From NCBI GenBank assembly GCA_049516875.1, contig JBEKSS010000007.1, positions 160,001 to 224,000 of the forward strand: 64,000 nt of DNA. The letters are read 5' to 3'. Below, piece by piece: positions 19,856-29,820 of this stretch; position 1 is the first letter of the stretch; every line of letters begins with the position of its first letter. A model generated the notes under the pieces. That model was given only the letters and a program-made list of their open reading frames with translations, ran no database searches and had not been told where the DNA came from. Source of the stretch: Candidatus Bathyarchaeia archaeon. GTDB taxonomy: Archaea; Thermoproteota; Bathyarchaeia; Bathyarchaeales; Bathycorpusculaceae. A program made the translations under genes and the position numbers.

Positions 19856-21223
19856 TCATTTGCCTTTTCCAACGCCTCTGTACGTGAGTCCGGCTTTGAT
19901 TGCTGCGTCCTCAGCAAAGGCGTTTCTGCCGTCGATCAGAACAGGCGTTGCCATTTTCTTCTGCAGTTTGCCGAGATCCAGTTTCAGATACTCTTTGTGC
20001 TTCGTTGATAGAATCACTGCGTCCGCATCTGTTAATGCCTTGTCGAGGTCGTTTGTAAAGGGAAGGTCAAAGTTTCGCACGACGGGATCATGAAGCACAG
20101 GTTTTGCTCCTCGTTTCTTCAACTCTGCGAACAGAGTGGCTGAGGGAGTGTTTCTTGTGTCGTCGGAGTTTTCGATAAACGCCACACCGAGTATTGCTAC
20201 CTTTGCCCCTTTCAACTTCCTACCGTGCTCTGCCAGTGCATCCTCAACTAGGTCGACAACGTGTTTCGGCATCGAATCATTGAGTTCACGGCTGGAAACG
20301 ATGACTTTCGGCAAGAACTTGAATCTTCCATACTTGTCCAAACCGTACTTCAGCAGCCACGGATCTTTCGGCAGACAGTGCCCTCCCACACCCCCACCCG
20401 GATAATGCATATTTCTAATGGGATTTGACGCTGGATTTGCAGGGTCGTTGGGCAACATGTTTACGAGTTCGCGCACCTTGTAGGCGTCAACTCCGAGGCT
20501 TTCGCATATGAGCCCCACTTCGTTTGCGAAGGCGATGTTCACGTCTCTGTACGTGTTTTCCACCACCTTGGCCACTTCTGCCGTAAGAATATCCGTGGGG
20601 CAGAGCTTTGCCTTCACAATGTGCCCGTATAATTCCGTGGCGCGTTCAGTGCTCTCCTGGTTAATTCCTCCCACTACTCTCGGAAGATCCACGATGTTCC
20701 TGATCAGACGTCCTACCATTACTCTCTCGTAACAAAACGCCATGAAGAAGTCTTTCCCCGCCTTCATGCCTGAAGCCTTTTCCAGAAGAGGCTTCACAAC
20801 GTTATCGGTCGTGCCAGGAGCCACGGTCGACTCAATTACTACGAGCGCCCCTCGACGAATGTAGTTACCCACACTCGTGCTGACCTCTTCAACAGACTCA
20901 TTATTGGGAACCTTTTTCTCATCAACAGGTGTTTGAACATCTATCAGAACTGCGTCCGCATCCTCGCATGTTGACACGTTCTCCACAACTTTAAACGTGC
21001 CTTTCTTCACAACGCGGGCGATGAGTTCAGACAGTCCCGGCTCGTCTCCGCCGATAGGATTCTTGCCCTCGTTCAGCCAGTCAATCTTCCAGCCTGACCG
21101 TTTAGACCTACGCTGCACGCCCATGACACTGAAGCCTTCCACGTCAGCGAAGAGCGTTGCCACGGGGATTCCCACATAACCCATGCCTATAACTACGATC
21201 TTTCTTACCATGCACCATGCCAA
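19856..21223 (-). CDS. UDP-N-acetylhexosamine/UDP-glucose 6-dehydrogenase (intact)
   Basis: GMGYVG, ESTV.PG, AEVAKVVENTYRDVNIAFANE, GVGGHCLPKD. Confidence 0.9.
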   Translation of the reverse strand: MAWCMVRKIVVIGMGYVGIPVATLFADVEGFSVMGVQRRSKRSGWKIDWLNEGKNPIGGDEPGLSELIARVVKKGTFKVVENVSTCEDADAVLIDVQTPVDEKKVPNNESVEEVSTSVGNYIRRGALVVIESTVAPGTTDNVVKPLLEKASGMKAGKDFFMAFCYERVMVGRLIRNIVDLPRVVGGINQESTERATELYGHIVKAKLCPTDILTAEVAKVVENTYRDVNIAFANEVGLICESLGVDAYKVRELVNMLPNDPANPASNPIRNMHYPGGGVGGHCLPKDPWLLKYGLDKYGRFKFLPKVIVSSRELNDSMPKHVVDLVEDALAEHGRKLKGAKVAILGVAFIENSDDTRNTPSATLFAELKKRGAKPVLHDPVVRNFDLPFTNDLDKALTDADAVILSTKHKEYLKLDLGKLQKKMATPVLIDGRNAFAEDAAIKAGLTYRGVGKGK

Positions 21224-21276
21224 ATGAAAGTTGCCTATATCTTGCTTTCGCTTCTACACTACAAACCTAACCGCGC

Positions 21277-21780
21277 CTATTTCTTGCGTGTCTTTGGCGT
21301 CTGTGTAAGTTTGACGCCCACGGTTTTTGCCAATCGTTGCAGATCGTCGTCGTTCATCCATTCAGTCTTCAGGTATTCGCAGATTCTTTCATCGGTCATT
21401 CCTAGTCGTCTAGCTTCTTTAACCGCATGGCGGTAGGCTTCAACTTCTGTGGGCCTTTCAATGTATGCGTAGTCACTGTCAAACAGTTCTTTTCCTTCCA
21501 TAAACTGTTTGACGTGAACCAGCTCGTGGATCACGTCGAGGTAAATGTCAACCATGTTACCCTCATTCAAATACCGCGCGCCGATTATGAGATGCCCATC
21601 GGTCTCGCTCACTCCCATGTAACCTCTTATCCCAGCAAACTCAACCTTAAGGTTACCGAGCACCTTCTCAGTTTCTCCGCCAAAAACCTCTCTAACCGCT
21701 CCAATGTTTTCAAAACCCTTGAAATACTCCATGAAGGAATACGTCGCAATCTTGACGTTGCGCGGTATCTTGACGTTCAA
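21277..21780 (-). CDS. Hypothetical protein with HExxH motif (zincin-like)
   Basis: IHELVH followed by EVEAY. Confidence 0.55.
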   Translation of the reverse strand: MNVKIPRNVKIATYSFMEYFKGFENIGAVREVFGGETEKVLGNLKVEFAGIRGYMGVSETDGHLIIGARYLNEGNMVDIYLDVIHELVHVKQFMEGKELFDSDYAYIERPTEVEAYRHAVKEARRLGMTDERICEYLKTEWMNDDDLQRLAKTVGVKLTQTPKTRKK

Positions 21781-22141
21781 CTGTGATTCTATTGCTGCCA
21801 GTCCTCCTGTTAGAGCCTATTTTGAAAGAACGCGAATTAGTAAAATATCTTTCTGAACCCCTGTAAATTTTTATTCATCCATCTTGCATCAAACTTACCG
21901 AGCTTTGATGCTGTGAGAACTAATCTAGAGGATAGCGCACGAACCCTAGAAATGCCTATTTTGCCGAAAGCTAAACGAGTCCCCCACCTATTTGGCAATT
22001 AGCCAAATCGCTTATCAGTACGTCCGTCTATGGTTGAAGTAATTGCACCATGGGAATCTTAGCGGTTTAGCTTAACGATTTGTGTTATGGTTTTTCCTCA
22101 GCATAGTCAAATCTAGGATACTGTCCACTTATTCGGGATGA

Positions 22142-22855
22142 TTAGCTCTGCGTAGAAACTTGTTGTGGTAGTGACCGTCCAGTTAAGAGAAAATAGAGTG
22201 AGATTAGAATAACCACTGTACTTCCACCGATTGCCGCCGTTAAGTAGCTCATAGTATCCGCATATTCAACTCCTAAAGCATAATGAAACAACATTGCTAT
22301 CCCAACAGCGAGAAAAGCACATAACACGACAACGGTCATAAATAGGGCAATCAACCCTAACACCTTATTGGAACGAATTTTATTCCAAAAACGTCTTAGC
22401 AAGCCACCTTTAGGTTTTGGCTTTTCTTCTAGGTTCTGAGGTGTTGGAATCGCTACTTCCTTTTCCTCTTGCCATGTTTCATAGATGCCGAAGAACACGG
22501 CTTTCCCAGTCAGAATTGAGTATCGATTATCTAGTACAGCATAATATCTGCCCACTGTTTGAGGCATGAATACTACTGTTCCAAAATTGAATCTTGGTGC
22601 TATCAGAAAAGCCGAACTAGGTTGTTTCAGCAACCATCTCTGAAAATTATCCTCATTCATTACTGAAAAGCCAATGTCGAGGTCAGTCCTACCAGTTGGT
22701 TGTATAACTCGTATTACGAAATTGATAACATCTTGTGGTTTTATTTCTGCAACATCAAACGGAATGCTATAAAATCCGTTTTGTCCAGCAGATAAAGAAA
22801 ATGAAGTTACAGGCAGAATTTCTTTTCTTCTTGCCTGTGTTATTTTGACAGACAA
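22142..22855 (-). CDS. Hypothetical membrane protein
   Basis: Soluble beta-rich domain (G.YY.VLDN) plus two C-terminal TM helices. Confidence 0.6.
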   Translation of the reverse strand: MSVKITQARRKEILPVTSFSLSAGQNGFYSIPFDVAEIKPQDVINFVIRVIQPTGRTDLDIGFSVMNEDNFQRWLLKQPSSAFLIAPRFNFGTVVFMPQTVGRYYAVLDNRYSILTGKAVFFGIYETWQEEKEVAIPTPQNLEEKPKPKGGLLRRFWNKIRSNKVLGLIALFMTVVVLCAFLAVGIAMLFHYALGVEYADTMSYLTAAIGGSTVVILISLYFLLTGRSLPQQVSTQS

Positions 22856-22992
22856 CTTATTTCCTCTCTGTTTTTCTCATATTCCTCTTTCAACTTCATA
22901 CATTGTATTTGCTCATAGAACATCTTTTCATAAACCCTAAATCGGATATGGACTATAACCAATGGTGTGTTCTAGAGGAGAAAGGGGGTGAT

Positions 22993-23658
22993 ATGATGAA
23001 AATTGGAAAGAACATGATTGTTGCTATAATGATTACCTTCTGCTTCACTGCCACAATGTTTATGGCAATACCCATAAGAAGCCAATCTACAAGTCAACCT
23101 GACCCATGGGCAGACGTGAGCGGTCCTACTGCTGGAGTTCCAGACGGAATAGTCAACATGAGAGATATAGCTTACGAAGTTGTTCATTTCAACGATAACG
23201 TAAGCAATATGACTAGAGACGTGAACGTGATAAACTGGCCAACCACACAGCCAGAACCAGCCTATCAAAGCTATGGAGTCTTCCTCTACATTCATCTCGA
23301 TGATGGGTATGGTGGAAGCAGCCAGTACATTCCTGTCTATGGGTATAGTCGAATGTTTCTAAGTATTGAATTAGTGAACGCGAGTTATCAAGGAGTGCCC
23401 TTTAATACAACGGTTTCTCTGTGGTCAGTAGGTTGGAGCGGTGATGAGAATTACACTTACGGAGGCTGGGAAAATGTTCTTCAGGGCGTCCTTAATGCCA
23501 CATACCTCGGCTATCAACTACCAGCGTACAGTCAACAAGCTCCTGCAGAATTCAGCACCAAGAACTCCTATTGCAATCTCATTTTCACGGCCGTGTCTAC
23601 GTTCGCAGGTTCTGTACAAATAGGATTCTACGTCCATGTGTACTTAAGAAACGAGTAA
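22993..23658 (+). CDS. Secreted protein with dockerin/EF-hand-like segment
   Basis: GGGGTG RBS, signal peptide, WADVSGP...PDGIVNMRDI. Confidence 0.65.
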   Translation: MMKIGKNMIVAIMITFCFTATMFMAIPIRSQSTSQPDPWADVSGPTAGVPDGIVNMRDIAYEVVHFNDNVSNMTRDVNVINWPTTQPEPAYQSYGVFLYIHLDDGYGGSSQYIPVYGYSRMFLSIELVNASYQGVPFNTTVSLWSVGWSGDENYTYGGWENVLQGVLNATYLGYQLPAYSQQAPAEFSTKNSYCNLIFTAVSTFAGSVQIGFYVHVYLRNE

Positions 23659-23776
23659 CCAAACCCCTTTTTTACTTTCTTTGTCAACAAAGCAGAAGTC
23701 AATCTACCAAAGACATGAAAGCTGTGCAGATTTGATTTCTCTCATATTCCTCTCTGAGTCTAGGTAGAGCCTTTTG

Positions 23777-24271
23777 TCATGCTGGAAAATTCATTATAGG
23801 CACAATAACTAAACGCAATAACCTCTTGTACAAGGGCTTCTTATTCTTCTTACGCCTTTGCCATATTGCCATTTGTAGAATGGCTGTATAGGGGGCTGGG
23901 TCTTCTTCCAAATAGGGAACCTTCGACTTAGAGTTAGCCTCATTAAAGAGTGGAATTGCGTCTTCTAGCGACATATGGATGGCGCCAGTAGCATAAGATG
24001 TCCAGTAAAATGTTCTCCAAACCATGTACACAAATACACAACCGATTGGAACGATCAGTAATAATGAGAAAATGACTTCGCTTGAGATATTCATAAAGAA
24101 ATTATTCCAACTAGAAATGAGAACTACTGAACCAATCATGATGGCAATTAGATAGCCAGCATGGTTTTGAACGTATGAATGGTATGAGATCAATAAGCAC
24201 CTTCTTGTTTCTTCAAACTCCTTATTGCATATTTCGTCCTTCTTTGCTACCCAAGGTTTCTTTCCACTCAT
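23777..24271 (-). CDS. Hypothetical membrane protein
   Basis: Two TM helices; GAGG RBS. Confidence 0.55.
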   Translation of the reverse strand: MSGKKPWVAKKDEICNKEFEETRRCLLISYHSYVQNHAGYLIAIMIGSVVLISSWNNFFMNISSEVIFSLLLIVPIGCVFVYMVWRTFYWTSYATGAIHMSLEDAIPLFNEANSKSKVPYLEEDPAPYTAILQMAIWQRRKKNKKPLYKRLLRLVIVPIMNFPA

Positions 24272-24408
24272 TTTTGAACCTCAGTTTGTCTTCTGTTGCT
24301 GTGCCGATTTAAGATTTCTGTCTTTGAGGTTTTACCTATGAGGGTTCTGATAACTCTTCGGGTTTTGCAAGTCAAAACTCTTCAGCGATAACTCTGGATA
24401 AGCTGTAA

Positions 24409-25500
24409 ATGTTTAAACAGTATTACTTAGAGAGTATGGCGGAAATTTACAAAAAACTAGAGTCAGAAGCGAGTACCGTTCGTTATATAGTTCTGGTTCT
24501 TCTAGGGGCTGGGATCAACTTCACCGTGGGATTCGGATTTATGCTATCAAGCCTAACTGCCCTAGTTCAGTCACCATCTCAGGCTCTCACATCTACTGGG
24601 CTCCCAACATCAGTAGTTATTCTAGTTGTCTTTTACTTTATAATAGGAGTAGTCTATTCGACCTCCATATCGCTAGCCTTTCAACCGAAGCGTATTATTT
24701 CTCCGCTGTACATCCAAATTACTACTTCAGCTTTTGTTCCTATCCTTATTCTGTCTATAGAACTGATGTCGCCAGTTCCCGATTGGGTTTCGTTTTCTGC
24801 GATTGCGCTCTTTTCTTTCCTGATTTCTTTCATACTGTTCTTTGTTGCAGGTCTTGGACAAACACCGATAGTGAGGTATTTAGTGGGTTTGAATGGAACT
24901 AAAGAAAACACTAATTCGTTCGGGCTAGTGATAGATGGTACGCTAGAGAATGTTCTGAAAATTATGAGAAATGATAGTTTTCAAGAAGCTCTCTCTATTG
25001 GAGAGGAACATAAAAATGGAGAGCATTCCTTCGTCTTCCGCACACTGTCAGCTAGAAAACAGCAACTTTTCATAGCTGTTATGACCGATCAAGACAATGA
25101 GAAAAAAACCCATCTAGCCACGGTGTCTTACGTACAGACATATTATGGAATATCCAAGACAGGAGATCTCATAGAAGAAGGGCGGAAATACACTGTCAGG
25201 AGGGCTTTGAGAAAAGCAAAACTCACATACGATGACGAAACTGACTCTCAAGCTCAGTTCGTTCCATATAATTATGCTCTTTCCATTACCGAATCGAAAC
25301 TCTTGACTCTCAGAAGTCTGCCACCTCACTCCAAAGCCATTCTTATAGGCTTGGGATTAATGTTTTTAATAATGACTGTCTTATGGAAATTCAACTTCAT
25401 TAGCCCCGAAATGGCCGAAACCTTCTGGATATTCGCTGGATTTGCAGCGTTGTTTGATCTATTGCCACTTCTGAAGACAAAACCAGAGAAGCAAAATTAG
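24409..25500 (+). CDS. Hypothetical multi-pass membrane protein
   Basis: 363-aa ORF with four N-terminal and two C-terminal hydrophobic helices. Confidence 0.6.
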   Translation: MFKQYYLESMAEIYKKLESEASTVRYIVLVLLGAGINFTVGFGFMLSSLTALVQSPSQALTSTGLPTSVVILVVFYFIIGVVYSTSISLAFQPKRIISPLYIQITTSAFVPILILSIELMSPVPDWVSFSAIALFSFLISFILFFVAGLGQTPIVRYLVGLNGTKENTNSFGLVIDGTLENVLKIMRNDSFQEALSIGEEHKNGEHSFVFRTLSARKQQLFIAVMTDQDNEKKTHLATVSYVQTYYGISKTGDLIEEGRKYTVRRALRKAKLTYDDETDSQAQFVPYNYALSITESKLLTLRSLPPHSKAILIGLGLMFLIMTVLWKFNFISPEMAETFWIFAGFAALFDLLPLLKTKPEKQN

Positions 25501-25896
25501 ATCAAGGTCAGTTCCTCTTTTTCTGTCTATCACTATACGTGACAAGGCCTGATCCATGGGAAAGCCATGGAGACATACACTTAATCTATTGCACACAAAC
25601 GGTACTCACAATACTTGAATCCGTGATTTAAGTTTGGGTTTGGGTTTTATCCAGTGTTCACTATTCTCCCTAAGATAGTTGGTTAGTCTCCTTCTAGGCA
25701 CTCAAACCAGATTTTTACCCACCTATCTGATTTGTCGAATAGAACTGCTAATCAGTTAACTCACTTGATAGGAACTTGTGGGGGTTTGATTGTTTTTACT
25801 TAACCCAAAATCTTTTCTTTTCAATTAGTAAAGTTTATGCTCCTGTGCAAGTCTTGACAATGGGCGAAAACCAATCTGACTGGCGGTTCTGTTCAC

Positions 25897-26736
25897 ATGT
25901 TTCACGTTAAAACCATGTCTCCAGAAGATTTCGAGTTTGCAGTTCAAATCACGGACCAGATGAACTGGAACCTGACAGCCGCGGACTTCGAATTCATGAT
26001 TGAACTTGAGCCTAACGGATGCTTCGTCCTGCTCGAAGATTCGGAAAGAATAGGTCTCGCCACAACCGTCAACTTCGGCACGGTAGCCTGGTTTGGAAAC
26101 CTAATCGTCAACGAAAGCCACCGAAAAAAAGGAGCAGGATCACTACTCGTCAAACACTCAGTCAAATATCTCACAAACCAACGCGCAAAAACCATCGGCC
26201 TGTACGCTTACATCGATAGAATCCCCTTCTACAAAAGACTCGGCTTCGAATGCGACTCGGAATTCACAGTCCTAGAGGGAAAAGGCTCTTCCTTGCCACT
26301 CAAACCCGCGGTCAGGAAAGCCAAGAAACAAGACCTACACGAGATCATCGAATTCGACCGTTCCTGTTTCGGCGCTTCTCGAAAAAAGCTGCTTGAACCC
26401 ATCATTCTCGACCCAGACAACCTTTGTTACACTTCAAACGAAGAGGGACGGATCATCGGCTATGCGGTAGCCAAGGTCTACAGGCACGTGGGTGAGATAG
26501 GGCCCCTAACATGCCAAAAGGAACGTGAAGACGTTGCCCTCAACCTTCTAATGACGGTTCTCGACAGGCTGGAAGGACGCGAGGTTTCCATGTACGTTCC
26601 CAACAAAGAGAGCACAATTCTGAACACGCTGAGAAAGTCAGGATTCACTGAGAGTTTTCGTGTGGCACGCATGTTTTTCGGGTCGCCCATCGTCAACGAC
26701 TGCATCTTTATGGCCGAATCATTGGAAAGAGGTTGA
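25897..26736 (+). CDS. Tandem GNAT acetyltransferase (YitH-like)
   Basis: V.ESHRKKGAG, FYKRLGF, FGASR..LL, IGPL. Confidence 0.85.
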   Translation: MFHVKTMSPEDFEFAVQITDQMNWNLTAADFEFMIELEPNGCFVLLEDSERIGLATTVNFGTVAWFGNLIVNESHRKKGAGSLLVKHSVKYLTNQRAKTIGLYAYIDRIPFYKRLGFECDSEFTVLEGKGSSLPLKPAVRKAKKQDLHEIIEFDRSCFGASRKKLLEPIILDPDNLCYTSNEEGRIIGYAVAKVYRHVGEIGPLTCQKEREDVALNLLMTVLDRLEGREVSMYVPNKESTILNTLRKSGFTESFRVARMFFGSPIVNDCIFMAESLERG

Positions 26737-28112
26737 ATGTAATGTCAGAGTTGGCTAGAATAATCGTTGAAGATTTTCTCAAGAGTTCTTGGTCCTGCAT
26801 CGAAGCCTTGGTGGGAGAATTGGCCACGTTCAAACCAGATGCGGGAAAAAAGATACGCTTCTTCCACTTCAAAAACGGACGTAAGACTGAGGCGACGTTT
26901 GACAGTGGCCACTTCTTTTTGAGGGCTTCAGTTGAATATTCAAATCCACAGCTGACTGTGGAAGAAGTTCAGGGGATCATAGCCGCTCGTCTGCTTGAGG
27001 TCTGCGGAAACCACTTCTACTACTATGGCTTGCGAACTGTCGACGCCAAAGACGTTGACGAAATATGTGAGATGCTCAGCGATCCTTCCCAAGGCGTGAT
27101 CGTTCCGTTTCTGCTCAACACGGACGAGATTGAACCGGACAGGTACTCGATGAACCCGCTGAAAGAGTCTATAGTAAATAGCGGACAGAGCGCCTTTCCA
27201 TGCGCCACAGTCAAAGCAGAAAAGCTAGAAATAGACAAGAACTTCGTGCAAAAATACCGAGGTTCATTGATTTGCAAGGACGAAATCGAACTCATAAGTC
27301 GTCACCTCAAAACCTGCAACGGCAGCTACGTCGACATGGTTGACGCCGTCAAATACGAACAACTAGAAAACCTTTCAAAAGCCTTCGGAATCAACCTCAG
27401 CGTCTACTCAATCCGCATGCCCTTGGCAGCTCTTAGCGAAGAAAAGTCTGACGGCTTGCTGCACTACATAATAAAGCAAACACACGCCGGCTACGAGTCA
27501 ATTGAGTGCGTCTACAAGTGCATGGGCAGAAGCATGAAAAACCTAACCACTCTCCTAACCGTGCCACACTCTGGCAAAGGCTACGCTTCTAAACGCGCCG
27601 TCAGAGGAAGAATATACTTCGACGGAGACAAAATCAAAAACCTCAAAGTAGACTACAAAACCGTCCTGCTCTACCCGAATGCGATTGACCCGGGCGACGT
27701 AAGCGTTGCAAAAGCTGACGACACCTTCACCGTAGACGGAAGCAAACTTGCCAATTATGACTTCAGAGAAACCCCCTCTTCACCCCAATTCTTCCTATAC
27801 TCTCTGGCCTCGCCCGAAAATGCGGTCCTGTGGCACGGTATCGGTGCCTTCGGCGCCTCCGAACTCTTGAAAAGCTACACAACCACGCGCGTAGCCTGCG
27901 CCAAAGAACTCCTAATCAAAGGCCTGAGCGAGAAATACGGAGTCACGACAAAAATCCCCCTGCAATTCAACCTCATCCCCAAATACATGTGGTTCCACCC
28001 CGTACACCGCAACATAGACGCAAGCATAGGCTGCGTCCAAAACATGAAAGACCTGGCCGACCTGGGCATGAAAATGGAACACCTCCAGACCGACCAATAC
28101 ATCCGCAGCTAA
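26733..28112 (+). CDS. Hypothetical protein, 459 aa
   Basis: Long ORF abutting the GNAT stop; no family recognised. Confidence 0.65.
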   Translation: MNVMSELARIIVEDFLKSSWSCIEALVGELATFKPDAGKKIRFFHFKNGRKTEATFDSGHFFLRASVEYSNPQLTVEEVQGIIAARLLEVCGNHFYYYGLRTVDAKDVDEICEMLSDPSQGVIVPFLLNTDEIEPDRYSMNPLKESIVNSGQSAFPCATVKAEKLEIDKNFVQKYRGSLICKDEIELISRHLKTCNGSYVDMVDAVKYEQLENLSKAFGINLSVYSIRMPLAALSEEKSDGLLHYIIKQTHAGYESIECVYKCMGRSMKNLTTLLTVPHSGKGYASKRAVRGRIYFDGDKIKNLKVDYKTVLLYPNAIDPGDVSVAKADDTFTVDGSKLANYDFRETPSSPQFFLYSLASPENAVLWHGIGAFGASELLKSYTTTRVACAKELLIKGLSEKYGVTTKIPLQFNLIPKYMWFHPVHRNIDASIGCVQNMKDLADLGMKMEHLQTDQYIRS

Positions 28113-28177
28113 CAACACAAGAAGGTTCAGCTTGGTCTCATGGCACGCCCTGCTCGTATTGAACGTTTTTATAACAG

Positions 28178-28849
28178 TTGACCACAAGTCGCTTGAGTGA
28201 CATGAGCGGTTCAACGCTTAAGGGAAAAATCCGACACCTATTCGAGACAGCGTTTACAGGCATATTGTTCAGCACACAGACCATACTTAATGCTGGTTGG
28301 GCCATCAGTGTCATGACCATTCCACTATTACCCTATCTAGCCTACCTTACTGGTGGAGACACAAACGTCGAGCGGGAAATCGCTGTAATGTTCTTTTCTA
28401 AGTATTTCATCGTCGGTCGCATAATCGCTCTTATTGGAATCGTTGTGCTTGCAACTGGAGCTGGGCAACTGCTCTTGAATCGCAGGAGAGGGATAGGACT
28501 CATCGAGACTGGAGCATATTCCATCGTCAGACATCCTCAGTTTGCAGGAATAATCATTCTCACTATGGGGTTAACGGTAATGGTTCAGACGTTAGGGGGA
28601 AACAGCGTAGAGCTCACAGGTTTGAGGCTCTTACCGATTCTGGGCTATATTGGCATAGCAAGATATGAAGAAGTACATCTGCTAAAGCGGTTCAGAGAAA
28701 GCTTCCAGCAATACAGACAAAAGGTTCCCTTCATCTTTCCAATAAAATGCCCTTCCAGAATCCCAGAAACGGTATTTACGGTTGCCATAGCCCTTCTCAT
28801 CGGGCTTATCCTTCTCCTCTTCCCCTATAACCTAATCCAAATCATTTAG
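28178..28849 (+). CDS. ICMT/PEMT-family membrane methyltransferase
   Basis: LIETGAYSIVRHPQF, EE..L...F...F..Y...VP. Confidence 0.8.
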   Translation: MTTSRLSDMSGSTLKGKIRHLFETAFTGILFSTQTILNAGWAISVMTIPLLPYLAYLTGGDTNVEREIAVMFFSKYFIVGRIIALIGIVVLATGAGQLLLNRRRGIGLIETGAYSIVRHPQFAGIIILTMGLTVMVQTLGGNSVELTGLRLLPILGYIGIARYEEVHLLKRFRESFQQYRQKVPFIFPIKCPSRIPETVFTVAIALLIGLILLLFPYNLIQII

Positions 28850-28883
28850 CAATGCACCTCCCGCGCTATCTATCGGTGGAAAA

Positions 28884-29459
28884 ATGAGCGAATTCCGCGA
28901 TTTTTTGAGCGACATACTGTTTATCATCGGATTAGTCCTAATCCCATTGTCCACCATTCAACCTTTCTTTACAGTGCTATACATGCTACCGCCAGATCCC
29001 TATTTCAGTGCGAGATTCTTTGAATTCTTGCGTGCGGACTACTTTTCTTTCAAAGTGGACTACAGTGCCCGCGTTTATGGTAGGTCAGAATCTTGGGGTG
29101 CATACTGGTTCAACCAATATGATTGGCTGCATATTCATTCCTCCACTGCCGTTTCCTATCTTCTAATTGCGGTCTTCAGTTTCCAAATTCTCGCTTTGGT
29201 TCTGGGACTTATCACTATTCCTTTGAAGCCCAGAACGAGAATCATACCCTTGATCTTGGGCGTCGTGACAACGTTCCTTATGACTTTGATCTATTTTTCC
29301 CTACGCGCATCTTATTTTGTGATAGGTATTTTGGTGCGTACGCGCTATGAATGGGTTCTCGCAGACGGTTATTGGCTGATTTTTGCTTCAGTCGTTTGCA
29401 TGTCGATTTCCCTCATTCTGGCTAGAAAAAGACAAAGCAGATTGCTGTTTTCAAGATGA
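28884..29459 (+). CDS. Hypothetical four-TM membrane protein
   Basis: Hydrophobicity pattern. Confidence 0.55.
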   Translation: MSEFRDFLSDILFIIGLVLIPLSTIQPFFTVLYMLPPDPYFSARFFEFLRADYFSFKVDYSARVYGRSESWGAYWFNQYDWLHIHSSTAVSYLLIAVFSFQILALVLGLITIPLKPRTRIIPLILGVVTTFLMTLIYFSLRASYFVIGILVRTRYEWVLADGYWLIFASVVCMSISLILARKRQSRLLFSR

Positions 29460-29616
29460 GCACGCGAGCGCGCAAACCGAGTTGTTACACTTTGCCATTC
29501 TTTCAACAAGGCAGAAGAGAGACCCAAACAACTTCCACCTGAAATGACCCCGAGCGCGCTTCTCTATTTGCCCAGTCGGCAATTCTAGCAGTCGCTGCGT
29601 GTGTGCGCGTGCGTTG

Positions 29617-29820
29617 TCAACAGCAGCAGCAATCATCTTCATCGTCTTTTGAACCTTCATCAGCGAACTTCTTCGGGTTCTTTTCAAATACTTCCTTGCA
29701 CGACTGACTGCAGAAGTAGTACGTCTTGCCAGCATATTCAGATTTCAATGTCGCTGTTTTCTCATCCACGTTCATTCCGCAAACTGGATCCTTGACCATG
29801 TTCAGCTTCACCTCCATCAT
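29617..29820 (-). CDS. YHS/TRASH metal-binding protein with acidic-CCCC tail
   Basis: KDPVCGM.V...YYFCS..C; ends DDEDDCCCC. Confidence 0.85.
   Translation of the reverse strand: MMEVKLNMVKDPVCGMNVDEKTATLKSEYAGKTYYFCSQSCKEVFEKNPKKFADEGSKDDEDDCCCC

Noticed and set aside
21968-22072. AAGCTAAAC...GTTTAGCTT inverted repeat as an integron attC
   Set aside because: Does not fit RYYYAAC/GTTRRRY, no inner L-box pairing seen, single occurrence.
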